This document shows positions 1 through 13,229 of a DNA stretch of 35,773 nt, one piece after another (positions within the stretch are counted from its first letter, which is position 1; every line of letters starts with the position of its first letter). The translations under genes were made by a program, and so were the position numbers. The DNA comes from Catajapyx aquilonaris. Taxonomy: Eukaryota. The stretch spans positions 1 to 35,773 of the forward strand of contig JYFJ02007255.1 of the NCBI GenBank assembly GCA_000934665.2. Reading direction: 5' to 3'. The notes beneath the pieces were generated by a model. The model ran no database searches. It was not told the DNA's origin and saw only the letters and a program-made list of their open reading frames with translations.

Positions 1-3000
1 AGACATAGGCTACGATATTAATTCAAAGAACACTACCGTAGTGGGTTTTTTTGTGCGAATCCAGCAAAAATACTGGTTCCATCTGGACTGCTAAATTCCA
101 CGAAATTTTTGCGTCTGTCATAATACTTCTGCGAATCGATATTCATAACGTGCCTCCCCAATTTATTTTTTTTTTGGCTCTTCCCTTCTCCTGCCATCTC
201 GCTAATTTTGTTTTTAGTGCCCCCCTGAACATGTATGGGAACCCCTAAAAACATCTCGGAAACACCCCTCGAAGGTAATTAGCCCCCAACTTATCTGGAA
301 ACTGCATGCAAAATTGGTTGTTTACTCCTCCCGGAGTCAAGCGTCACACGCCTTGCTGTGTACAAAAGTTGTCGCAACGTTTTTGAAATAATTACCCGGT
401 CTGGTGCCACTAATTAAAATTCAATTAATCTGCCATTTAACCGGCAGTGATCAGAAAACGTAACTTCACTTGTGTTGTGTGGCGGTGCTTTTCGAACTAA
501 AATTGCGAATATTTTTTTGCTGCTAATTTTAGCTCGGATGTAATTTGCGCACCTGACATTTCGTGAACACAAAATATACGTCAAACCAGCTCGTGTCAAG
601 GACTCTCGGTCATATTTCTCTCATATGCCAAAAACGAAATGCTACGGTGCACATTACTTCATATTGTCGAGAGGGACTAGACTGTATAATCCGGAGGCAG
701 CTTTTCCCGGATTAAATTCCGGATAAAACGTGGGCGTGATATCCGCTGAATAGACCGACTATATACATTTTAAAAAAAAGATGGTGACCTCAATATCCTC
801 ATCACTCTGGATGAAACCTGCTTGCACATAAGTGTAAGCCTGAATTTCTTAGAGACAATTCGCGGGTCATGCTTGGGAGGTCATGCTCAACATGGGCTGG
901 GATTAATGCTAATGCTTTTCTTAAGTAATGGGAAGTTTGCAGTTTAGATGAGCTAGAGAAACAAACAAAAAAAACTGAAGGAGCCAAAAAAAACTTTTTG
1001 GAGAAGGGTTCTGCTGCCTCTTGTTTTCTCCAATCTAAAGCAGGGGGGAATTACGAACACTTCAGTTGCGGATCAATTTTCATTAGCATGAAAATAATCC
1101 TTTATGCTCCCACGATTTCATAAAGTCTGGAGGGAAATTGAAGCATTACATCGCGAAACTTTCAAGAAGCGATGGATCAAAAGAGTTTTTTTTTTAAAGT
1201 TCTTCCTCCAAATTTTCTTTCGCATATTGTGAGAAGCACTTCGATGCAGAAAAAAAAGTCATCTCATTTCCGCGCATTTATGGTATCTCCCAGCAAAAGA
1301 CGACAGAAGACCTAAAAGTGTGCTGCATATCGTTGTAAGCACTTGCCTAAAATTTAATCATAAATTTTTATTATTACTGATCCCATTAGAGAGCCCTGAG
1401 ATTGTGTCTAAAATTAGATAGCGTAAACATTATTAATCATCCAATTCTGAACTGCAATTATTGTGATAGATATTGGCCATTAATCACACGCACCTAATTA
1501 CTTTGACGAGCATCCCAAAATCGCGATAACAGCGGTTCCAATTCCTGCTTTTTTTTCTGCCAATAATACCTGCACTAATTCGGCACATAATGGTATCCAC
1601 TATCTGATCGTAATGTGTCTGAGACCCTATTCCGCTTTAATCCACTTTAATCCACGGCATAAGTGGTGTCGACACCAATGATTCACGCCGCCGTTAATCC
1701 AACTATTCATTGACTCCCAGAGCAGAAGCAGCTGATAATCGATCCGAACCCTCTAAATCATTGGACACTCTGTTCCCGAATATTTAACCGGGGGGGTTAT
1801 ATTATGTACCGAGCTTTTAATAGTAGGCTACTGCGACGGAAGGAAGTTGTCTTCGTGTAACTTGCGGATTTTATGGAGCTCTAGAGACCCCACTGATACT
1901 GTACATGTGCACGATCTGCTTTATGCCGACCCCCAAAAGCCCCTGGCTTAGAGGTTGGGATTTCTCAGAATGCTTTCAGAGTGTGACCGTACCGGTTTTA
2001 CTATGTCTAAACGTCCTACAGTTCAATGCAGTCTGATGCTACCTTGCATCACCTTTATATCAGTGCATATTTGATTACCCNGTGGTACTGCCGAATATTT
2101 ATGTGCGACGTGACCGTACGTTGTACGTATAATGCTCATGGCTATCCTTGAGCTTTACCGGTTTAAATCAGGTAGACAAATAATTGTACTATCATTGATA
2201 TTTCCAACCGTGCACCCTGCGCGAACTGTGGTGCGCACTCTTTATTCAAAACCTATGGGACGCCTTCACTGTCCATATGGGCTAGCATGATATCGGAACG
2301 CTAGATACATTGTTGATGGCAATAGAACCATCACATTTCCCGCAATGGACTATAAATAATTTATCTATATCGACAGTATTGATCGGCCATATAGTTATAG
2401 GCTAACAGAGGGTCTGTTAACCCCTTTGCGAATAATGCCTGGCACCATGCCTTTAGTCCGGAAACCATAAATAATGCTGGCCAAATCGAGGCACTAACAT
2501 GCACCAAGCTAAGACTAGTCCCTTCTGAACAAATTACGTCGCAACCCACATATAAGCTTGATCTCTATTGGTTCAAACTGGGTCTAAATGGGGAAATCGT
2601 GGTTAAGAGAATTTCCGCCTCAGAGGATCAGTCCTGAAACGCAGGCTTAGATCTTGATCGGAGGAGTCGTCTACAGGATGAGTCAAAAGAAGTCTCGGGT
2701 TCAACCTGTACATCAGAGTGGCAAATCCGACACCACAGGAATTGAGTTCTACAATAAAATCGGGTTTCATATAGACTATTTTATGCTTGGTTATATAGAA
2801 CCGGTCCAAAGTTGGAGAGCACCAGAAATAACCGAGTTCCAGCTTCAAAATCAGACTGATTTGATTTGATTTTTTATTATTTTTCGCACAAAGGTCTTTC
2901 TCTCTCAAGTGTTGGGGCGGAATAAACAGGCAAGAATGGGTTTTCCGCCTAAGAAAATAGTGAGCGAATTGCCTCTGGGGCTACTTCCTGGCACCTCGTC

Positions 3001-3219
3001 TCCGCACGAATTATCTCGGTGGCAGACTAAGATTAGCTGCGAATCGATTCATGAAAAGGAAGGTAACAAAAGCAACCGGGTCAAAACCTTACCCACAAAA
3101 AATGCACCGGGTGCTAAAAAAAAAAGTTATTAATGAAGACTCTGTAATTACTCTTTTTTGGCTGATGGACCCTCAAGAATTCATGTTACAAACTCTTCTC
3201 AAAGAATGTTGGAAAGACA

Positions 3220-3268
3220 CATCAGGAGGACACTTGTCTTCTATAGAAAGACAAGTGTCCTCCTGATG
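3220..3268. repeat. 49-nt near-perfect palindrome
   Basis: CATCAGGAGGACACTTGTCTT (3220-3240) is the exact reverse complement of 3248-3268; the spacer is CTATAGA. Confidence 0.93.
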
Positions 3269-6200
3269 GATGAGTCCTCTGCGCAAGTTTGACTTTGACT
3301 GGAGGCTTATACTTAATTTGAATTTGTAATTCCAAGCCACGTATCATCATCAGAACGGATTATCCCGCGCAGTCCCTGATTCGAATTCTGCATTTGCTGT
3401 CCTTTCTCTCATATCAGTCGCCATTAAAATCCTGGAGGGTTTTGAGCCATAGCTTCGAATCCGTAATGGTCCTCTGAAAATGGGAACGGTCATTTCCAGA
3501 CTCGAAATCTCCACAAAATCTAGGGCACATTACTCATCTTCGTTAGTTCTAGAAATTGTCATAAATATACGTTAAAACGCAATCATTCCGGTCGAATGTC
3601 GGATCACGTTTGTCTCAAAATGACCCCCTCAGTTTTGTTTGGGGGGGTTGTCGTTAACATAGGGGCTGTTGTTTATGCAACGTGGAGAGCGTGGCAGGGT
3701 TAATCGCGCTATGAATAAACACCGCGGATAAAATAATTGAAATTTTAAATCAAATTTATAGCCCAGCCGTGTATGTATAATCACCCCTATATTTAGTCAG
3801 GATTTGGATAAATCTTTAATGGTATGCAATTATTTTCTGGCAGTATAATTGAGAAATATTGCATGGTGTTAACCTTGTGATTTTTTTTTATAAATTTGCT
3901 GGCCATTTTGGAAGACTCTGCAACTGATGCACCACTCTGCAACCTTTTGTATTATTCCTAGTCACGGAATTCTCTTCAATATAAGAATCTAAAGAACCTC
4001 ATAGTCTATGTCCCCTCCGAGTTGTTTGGCTGGAATTCCCCGAGTCCTTTCAATTGCAGCTGTCAAACGAGAGGAGGTTGGACTGCGGTATTCCTCATTC
4101 TGTCGTCCGGAAAAACGTTCAGTGTCCTCTCCATGTCCGGGTTGACCATCGCATTCCGAGCTCCGGTGTATTTTACAGGCCACTTTTGCTCGGCACAACC
4201 GCAGGGGAGTGCCTCATAAATTAAAAGAAGAAAAAAAAAGTCGCCATATTTTGAGCGGCCTGGATATATCCGGAGCCAAGAAACACTGGACTGGGTATTA
4301 TTGATGCCAGAAAATCGGAGGAACACTGATTTGCATACGGATTGTTCCGGTTGAGTGTGTAAATGCCGCATTGGTCTTGGGCCGTAGTCCAAAAGTCTTT
4401 AAGTTTATGAAGGAGTAGATTGGAGTCGAGGTCGCACAACCTCTTAATATTTATCAAGCAAATTGGGGCTCCCCATTTTTTGTACTTATCCTTAATGTTC
4501 TGGCTCATGCTTAGCCCATGAATTTTCTTGCCAAACGAATTTCTGTGCCAAAATACAGTTTCAACAGCGTAGTAAGTTAAAACCGTGATCGGTTTTGAAG
4601 CAGAACAACAACTGACCACTTGGTCCACCTTCCCCCCCCAAGAGGCGTCGAGTATTAAGCTTTTCTCCCAAGCTATTGTTTACAAAGAGCTGTAGACTCA
4701 CCCGCCCTGTTTATTGGGCCAGCATTTGGAAGGGATTTAACAAACGTTTCTCAGAGAGAAAAGGAGAGTCTCTGTCTCTGGATGTGGCAAGTGATTGATG
4801 GCACAGGAAAAGGAAGAGAGAAAAAAAACCCTAAAGAAGAAGACGACGACGAAGAAAGAGTGTAGCAGGCTCTAAGAAAATATATCTTGCCTCTCTCCGG
4901 GTCACCTCCCGAAAGCAGCTTGGATCACTTTTTCTGAGTCTGGCCACTTGAACCCCTAAATCTGTTTTTTTTTTTAGTGTATATAAAACGGCAACATTTT
5001 CCTGATAAAAGAAATATTTACACCGGAATAATTAGTTGGTTCATTATTTGCATAGATCGCATGTAAGTAACCCATGAGAGAGTGAGGGGAAAAAAATAAT
5101 GATTGGCTGGAAGCTCACATAGGCAAACGCCATGATGTTCCTTCCGCAACGGCAGCCATTTGCATTGAACCTAAAGCTGTGAAAACTTCATTTAGCGCTC
5201 GTTAGCTCTGGGAAGCCAGGGAACGGCGCTTGGGTATGAAAGCCACGTGCCTCTAATCCCCTTTCACTTCAACACGTTCCCAGCGTATATATATATATTT
5301 TCTCCAACCTCGGATCTATAACCTGGGACCAAGGGGTAAGTAGAAACATGGTCGCTGGATAAATACGACACTATGTCATAATTAGAAGGTGTCACTAATT
5401 TTCAGCCACACATGAGCAGTCTTAATGGCTACTAGATTGCTTAACGATTACGCACCATTACATTTCAAAAATTGACAGAATAACAGTACCAGGTGCTGTA
5501 GAAATTTCCTACATATAGGTATATACTCTTGAACGTTCATTTTTCAACCTTGCAGACGAATTGTGTATACGTCTTCTACAAATAAACTTTGCAGAGTCCA
5601 AGAGACTTCCAACTGATGGAACTTGTCTAGAACCCTGGAGACTCTGCCATAACATCCTTCTCGACGCTGCTATTGACCGTATGCTTGCTATACGAGAGAG
5701 TTTTACTGGTGTAAGCAACGACATTCGCTGCTCGACTTCGGATGTTATGGATGACTTTCTGACGATGCAGAAACGACAAGCAAAACTTCCGGTGTCGTCG
5801 AGCATTTTTTTTTGTATATACAAAACTTTACAGACAGCGACATTAGTGCAACAGCAGGGTTGTAAGCCACTGTTGCAACAATTCGGTATACTTGAGCATT
5901 TCGACAAGTCGAATCAGCACATCGCACTTTAATGTATCGTACTGTACAATGTAGGGTAATAAAACATCGAGTAAGTTGCTGCTGGAAAGATACATACCGG
6001 CTCAGCAGCATATATCTCATCAAATTAATGACTGTAAAGTTGGCAACAGATGTGCTGCAATAAACTTGTAAATCAGAAAATTCAACATTTCCTCTAAATC
6101 ACCTCAAGAGCTGAGTCAGGGATGTACTGTACAGTACCTTTATTTAAAAAAGTGTATATGATTGCACATCTACAGCAGTGGAAGTTACTGTCATGTGATT

Positions 6201-7902
6201 TAAAAAAGTTGGCAAAATTAGCCAAGTTGTGCATGATGTCAATAATGTGGAATATCGCATATACAAGGTCCCATTATGCTATTCAGTGAAGCGCATCCAT
6301 CAGTAACGTCATATCAATGCTGCATCATGCGTCTAATTAGAGAGGCTGGCGTAAACCCAGTTCCGCCAATTACTATTTCATGAAACAGCATAATTTCATG
6401 CCATTCCAAAAATCGCAGTGTTTAAGACCGACGCAATGCAGTACACTTTTCCCTATAAAGTTCACTCCTTAACGACATGTGCATTATTCATATGTGGTCG
6501 CAACAATAATTCTACTTATTGTTAGAGCACTCAGCGAGATTTTGCAAACTCTCAAAGAAAATTCGCGCGGCCTGGAATTTGGCTTTTCCAGAGGGGCGCG
6601 GCGCAGTAACTAATGTATAATTAACCAATCCGGCTCTAGTGCGTTGCCAAAATGTTTTAGCCGTTGCAATGAAGCCATCAGCATTAAACACACTCCCTTC
6701 AACCAGTAGATATTTTTGTTCGGTTTTGTTCGGTCGGTCCAGCATTAGAGAGAAACCACCCCCCACCCCTCTCTATTTTTTCACACAATGGGAACAAAGT
6801 TCAGTCAGAGGTCATCGCAGGATCAGCAGGAGAACTCGGTTTCAAAATACTGCAAAATAAACTGTCTCATGTCCAAATTTATCCTAGAGTCGAGAAGAAT
6901 CCGCAATGGAAAAGTTTTCAGAAACATTTTTCCTCCCGAAGAATTGATCAGAATAGTTGCCAATATCCAGCAGGGACCTATATACCCCTCCAAAAAATTG
7001 GCAAGTTACTCGCGTTTTCCTTTACCCGGTGTTGAAATTACTCACATGCACCTGAACTCTCCCCCAAAAGACGTGTCTCGACTTGGTTAAGAGAAAATAA
7101 AAAAAAGAGTCATCTCACCAAGATCAGCTCCTGAATCTGGAAGCTTCCCTCTTCACTCTAATGGACCACTCTAAAAGAGCAATTTTGTCTCCGGGAATAC
7201 TACCCTAAGTGACCATCAACATCAAGAGGTGATCTCCTCTTTTTTTTCTTTTGTTCTTCTTTATCCCATCTCCTTTCCTTCATTGATTTGTCCCCCAGCA
7301 AAAGTTGGCGAAACACGGCAATGGAAACAAAAGACGAGGTCAATATTTCTTCGTTTGCTTTTTTTTTTATAAGCCTAGAGGGTGCTATGAGGCGTAAAGC
7401 ACCTGAAGACTTCTTTTTCTTTTAAAAAAAACTCAGTCCATTCACTATTGCGGTGAGGAAAAGCCATCTCACTCCATCATCCTTTACAATGGACCATTTT
7501 TTCCCCCTCTGTACAGTACGCACAGGGTCCCCAAATCCTATCGAATCCACGTCAATCCAGGCCAATCTTCCCAAGTCAGACCTCAATAAACAACGGAATC
7601 AGAAGGGACCTTGGATAGAAAAATCGCTTGGGCTTCAAAAACTTTTATTCTGTACAGCGTCCGCAATTTATTATCCGAATGACAAGAGACGATTTGAGAG
7701 ATTCGGTTGATCGCTTCTGGGATAAAACACTTGCGGAATTTTTTTTTACAGCACAAAAAGCAGCCTTATATGCATAACGTCCTTATAAAATATTCAGCAG
7801 TGTGGCCAGCAGCTTTAATTTTCACCGTGCAACTAGCCCCAAGCATGCTTTAGCATTACCTGCAGACCTTATGACGTAAGCTTAGAAATTGATTGACCCG
7901 CT

Positions 7903-8372
7903 GTAAATTAGACTAAGTTCACTCTAAACATTTTCGAGTATTTTTCCACTCGTTTTAAATTACTTCCACTTGATTTAAATCCCACTCGTTTGGAGTGAAA
8001 ATCACTCGATCTCTCGAGTGATTTTCATTCAGATTTAGTAATCATTTCACTCACTGAAAGTGTAGTTAAAAGAGTAAATTAGACAAAGTATCACTAAAAA
8101 ATTCCAGTATTTTTCCACTCGTTTAGAGTATTTTCGCTCTTTCTTCCACTTGATTTAAATCCCACTCGTTTTGAGTGAAAATCTATCTATCTCTTGAGGG
8201 ATCTTCACTCAGAATGAGTAATAATTTCACTCTCTGAAAGAGTAGTATCTCGCTTTATTTTCACTCTTCTTTCGAGATTTGAGTTAAAGTAAATCTTTGT
8301 CTCTAGAGGGAAATTCACTCAAAAAGCGCAATTTTTTAAAAGTAAAATTTTAATTCGGAATTTTTTAGAGCG
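7903..8372. mobile_element. Degenerate non-autonomous DNA transposon (MITE-like) with internal 170-180 bp tandem duplication
   Basis: Units start at 7903 and 8074. An identical 29-mer occurs at 7963 and 8143. CACTC/GAGTG subrepeats are frequent. CACTCTAAA (7920) and TTTTTTAGAGCG (8361-8372) resemble terminal inverted repeats. The repeat is certain; the TE origin is inferred. Confidence 0.55.
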
Positions 8373-11176
8373 TAATAATACCATAACCGCAATAACCAAA
8401 TTATTTCATTAAGTTGGAAGCCTCCAATTAACCACCTTGCAATAAGTTTCTTGGCTGGAGAGCTTCCGAATTATTGAAGACATTGTGTAACAACCCCTCA
8501 GTCGATGCATTAGAGATCATTTGTGTGCGCACAGCATGGAGGCTGTTTTGACGTGAGCAAATGGCATAACTCAAGGCTGGCTGGATTCCCGATATGCCAT
8601 AATACTGGAGGAGGAACAAGAAAGCTTTGCTGATGCTATGGGAGGAGAGGAAGAGGAGCCATCTCCAATAATTGCCCCCCGTGCTTCATGGCCACTTGCA
8701 GCATCCGGGGGCAGGCAATCCAATCTACTTCCCCCCGGATTCTCAGATGGACGTTGCCAGGCCATACACTGTACCTTATGGCCCAACACACACACAAAAA
8801 AATATCTGACAATTTCTGTCACTCCTGAAATATATATTTTTTGTGCATACTTTACAAGCCCATAGATTAGCAAAGTGGTGCTTCTTTCGGATAGTAACAC
8901 TGTTGGGCTTGAAATGAAAGGCGAACTGACTTGAATTTGTGGGGCCTGTAAAAGAGCTGGGCTTGAAAATTCAGGTGCTTTGTAGGCGCTTGCATTCCGT
9001 AGAGAGCAATAATCTCGGGAGCTCCACAGGTTTGTAGCACTCACTGTACAACCTGGTACTGATGAGATGGATTTTTTTTTCTCCCCTTCCTAGAATTAAA
9101 CCGCTCACTCGCAATGTTGTACATGCTTATCCTGTCTATTCAGGAGTCGCCCCTTTTCAAACAAGTTAACTTGTAGTTTTATCCGGGATGTTTAAGGCAA
9201 CCCACGTTTCCCCCCTTTAGTTCATCCGACAGCCTAACTTTCGCGATGTCGAGGGGCGTGTGTATCGCTCTTGACTCAATCTGCACAAAAGCTTCAAACT
9301 CGCCGTATAATACGAAGCTGAAATTGATCCTAAAATAAGTTGAAAATTACCTGTACCAAAAAGAGCGTATAATTAAGCTAAAACTATATGTTGTCTGCTG
9401 TGTAATAGAGTACGTGCGGTTCAGGCAATACGTGTTCAGTGTAAAGCTCACGTGTCTCTGCGTGAAATGACTACCAAGTTTAAATCGTGTACGTTGCAAA
9501 AAACTACAGTGCAGTTCACTCAAATTGCAAAGTAATGAAGGCTCTTGGCGCTAAGTGCGCTTACCCACGCTAGACGCATTATCTGACACATTTGATTGAG
9601 TTCCTAAGTTTCGGTGTGAATCTGATAGCTGACTACATATTCCGATTTATCGCGCAAGGTCAAGTACCGTACTGCACGCAATGCAGACGCTATTGCGCAA
9701 CATAGTCGTGTTTTAAAATCCCAATATTTTATGGACAACAATGTATTACTCGAGATCATTACACAACACTTCAGCAAGGAAATACTAATGCCCTGTGGCC
9801 TTTCCCTGTATATGTCCTACTTTACCTTTAATCTTGTTCGGTTATCTATCCTTCATTTCCCTTACCGCCGCACCAAACAAAGTTGCGTACTTCACGGTTC
9901 AGAACGTACTTATCTTGAAGTTGGCTAAACTCTCCCGCGCGTCACAAGCTTCCATACACCGGAAAGCTTTTATCCAGAAGAGTTTCACGAGAGTGCTCAG
10001 CAGTCGCTCCATGAGTAATACACACCGCACTCTATATAATACCTGGCACTGTACAATGTTGGGCGAAAAAAATTATGACACGACTTTCTCTTCATATATT
10101 CGACCGGGGTTACACAATTAAAACAATGCTAAATTCTGGGAGCGACCAATTTTGTGCAAACCTGTTTTTTGTGCAGGTAGAAATTTTTTAAAATAATTAT
10201 TGATGTCAAAAAAAAAAAATCATTGAACTATAGGACCAGCCTCTCGTATATTATCCCCCTCCCCCCCGCATTTGGCAAAACCCAGCACCATTATGCAAAT
10301 GATGGTTGTAAGATCCAATCGAGTGCATAACGAGACCCCCATAAGGCCCACTTTTGTTGGAAGGAATAAAAAAAAAGTGGGGTTCTGGAAATATTGACAA
10401 CCGTGCTTGGCCTATCTTTTTGCCCTTTGAAAAATTTTCTACTGAAACGAAAACCGAAGTTTTCTTTACCGACCCCTTTTCAAAAAACCTCCCCCCCAAA
10501 AAATAATCAATCCCTGACTGTTGTCAGTGTCACATTGGGGGGTCCGTCGGAATGAAAGCGTCACCGACAGCCCAAAAGATTTTCGACGCAGTGTCTGCTG
10601 CTTTCTGCCTAGATATCGCGCAGTGACTGCCACAGACATTTGCTTCCATTGTTCGTCTTCTCGTGCGCGGATATGTCCTGAAAAGAGACGCCATTTTCTA
10701 ACCACCAGGAAAATGAATTGGAGACGTCTCCATCCTCTCTTGGATGGCCCGGGTCCCCTCCCTTGAATTACTTGTGATAACGGGTGAGGTATATACGAAA
10801 TTGCATTTCCAAACTCGAAAATTGTGCAATCTCCGGTTACTAATGCAGCATTTTGGGAGGACACACCGGTGTGCTTTTTTTAAAAAATTAATTAAAACCA
10901 CTAGATTATGCCCTACAGTAGCAAACCTTGCACAACAATATAAATTAAATATGCCATCAAGTTGGCAGGCTTGCACCAACCTCTTCTATTATTTTGGGAG
11001 TTTCGCAGAAGATCCCCCGATCCATCGCTTCAAATATGGTCAGACCCGTTACTTTATAATGATGTATGCTGTGCTGTGGCGTACATTTTACATGTGGACC
11101 AGCTCTCTCTCCCTCCCTCCCTCCCTCTCTGTACACACACTTTCCAGCCACTAATTCACTTTGACGCCCTCATAAA

Positions 11177-11297
11177 AATCAACATATTTCGAATCATAGA
11201 CTAAAAACCTTCCCCTTTAAAAACTACCCCCAATGAATGATTAGGGGTAGTTTTTAACGGGGAATGTTTTTAGTATATGATTTGAAATATTTTGATT
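11177..11297. repeat. 121-nt fold-back inverted repeat (58-bp arms, about 6 mismatches, 5-nt loop)
   Basis: AATCAACATATTTCGAATCATAGACTAAAAACCTTCCCCTTTAAAAACTACCCCCAAT pairs without gaps with 11240-11297. Confidence 0.92.
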
Positions 11298-12546
11298 AGA
11301 TACTGGGCATGATCCTGGGGCATTAGTCGAGGCCTCCGAATTGATTTGCATCAGGAACGTACAGACCTACGTCTTGATATATGTATACAGCGATTTTTTT
11401 AAAACCATTTTTGGTTGAGTACTTGCAGTAATTGGCTCGTGTCATATCAGGTGCAGCAGACCCATACTTTTGCATTCTAATCCAGAGCTACTGTGCACAT
11501 CCGAATGTCCTTTTTTTGAGATCCACTGGATTTCCACTGGTTACCTTCATATGCAACTTTTTTGTGTGTGTATGTGTTCTCTCTTTTGACGAGAGAGTGG
11601 CACAAAGATCGATAGCCACTAGTATTGCCAACACGAGCTAATTTCGGAGAGAGGTATATCAATGGCATTGTTTTAACTGGTGAGGTACAGAAATGCAAAA
11701 GGATTGTAATTATTTCTAATTATGACAGTGTGGTACTTGTTCTTCAAAAAAATATACAGCTGTTCTCTCATGCATTTTCATCCGAAATTACACAATGTCT
11801 AAACTCAATTAAGCTTAATTTTATGTCTCGAAAGTATTGTGGAGAGATTGTCTTTGTAACCAAGGACGACACCGTTGTGTCCACAGCTCTATATCTCTCG
11901 AGACCTATGAAAGGTGACAGCCTGGATTTATATTTGGAGATCAAAAAAATTGCGATTCTGTCGATAACAAAGGGCGAGCGTTATTTGATCGTTTTCCGTC
12001 AATATTGCCACGTAATACCCGGAAAGCTGCGGCTCCCCAAAAATAGATTTTTATTGTGTATTAAAAAAGGGGGGCAAGGTTATTTTCAGACCACAACTAA
12101 CAAGTAAAAAACTAAGAAATCTGATATATTAGAGACTCTGCTTACCAAAAGTACAGGCACCACCATAATACACCTACGGAAATTTTCAGAACCCCATTCA
12201 GACGTAAGACCTGTCAGCATTCAATCTTCTTATTTATAATCTTTTCATGATAAGACTGAGCTTCTTATCTGATATGACTTTCGTTCATACACAGCGCAAA
12301 TATTTTACCTCCAATTTTTTTTTGATGACAAAGTACTGATTCATCTGCTTCTAAAGCCCTTAATGAGGTCTCTCACACCGAGTCCATAATCTGCTCATAC
12401 ATAATTCTGAGTACAGACTTGAGTCAGCATCGCTTTGTATTACCTCCAGTTGCAACACTTTAATCCATCTAGTTGGAGGGAGGAGGCTGCAAGACAGGGA
12501 CGGGCAAACTTCCATGACAAATTATTAATACCGAAGCCACCAGAAG

Positions 12547-12547
<1 letters not shown>

Positions 12548-12592
<45 letters not shown>
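12548..12592. repeat. (CT)n microsatellite, about 22 units, ending at an N
   Basis: Directly visible; true length uncertain because of the N at 12593. Confidence 0.97.
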
Positions 12593-13229
12593 NCTTTGGG
12601 GCTCGTGTCAGGTAAACTGTTAAAGGGAAAAGGAAGACTTTGATAGGCAGGTTTGGGGGGTATATGAGGGGGGGGGGGGAGGCATCCCATCTTCCAGGCA
12701 GGTATTATCTTCAAAGACAACGCGCAGAAATTACGCCCGATTCTAGTTCAAAATTACCCAGTAGCCCTCCAGAGAAGGTTCGTTACAAGTCTCTGGTTTT
12801 ACCTAGCGGATTTCGGAGAATGTATATAATGTACTCGTATAGAAGTGTATACACAGCACAGAAATAAATTCCGGGAAAATCGGGCAAGAATAATTGATAA
12901 ATTCCAAGAACCGGAGAGGAATATAAAAGCTTAATCAACTATTTGTAGATTCGGAGAAAATTGGAAGTGTACAGAATGGTTGGGAAAGCCTTAAATTATT
13001 TGTTAAATTTTTAAACATATTTTATCAGCAAACAAGTGCAGGTTTCGAACTTCAATTTCTCTCAATCAGTGGCACATAAGCCATCAGTGTCAGTAGTGTG
13101 AAAGTGTGTTAGGTAGCCCGGTCGTGCAGACAAACTTTCTCATTTATAAATATAACCCTAGCCTATAACGAACACACGAGATTTTCCATCCAGAAAAAAA
13201 AAAAAAAAAGTTACTGACACTAAGCCATA

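Noticed and set aside
3989..5932. ORFs of 109-135 aa on both strands
   Set aside because: No recognisable family, mostly non-ATG starts, and lengths compatible with chance.
8571..9044. 157-aa minus ORF and acidic plus ORF 8638-8865
   Set aside because: No recognisable domain and no convincing splice sites or start context.
11625..12107. 160-aa plus ORF
   Set aside because: TTG start in AT-rich sequence; no transposase or other motif recognised.
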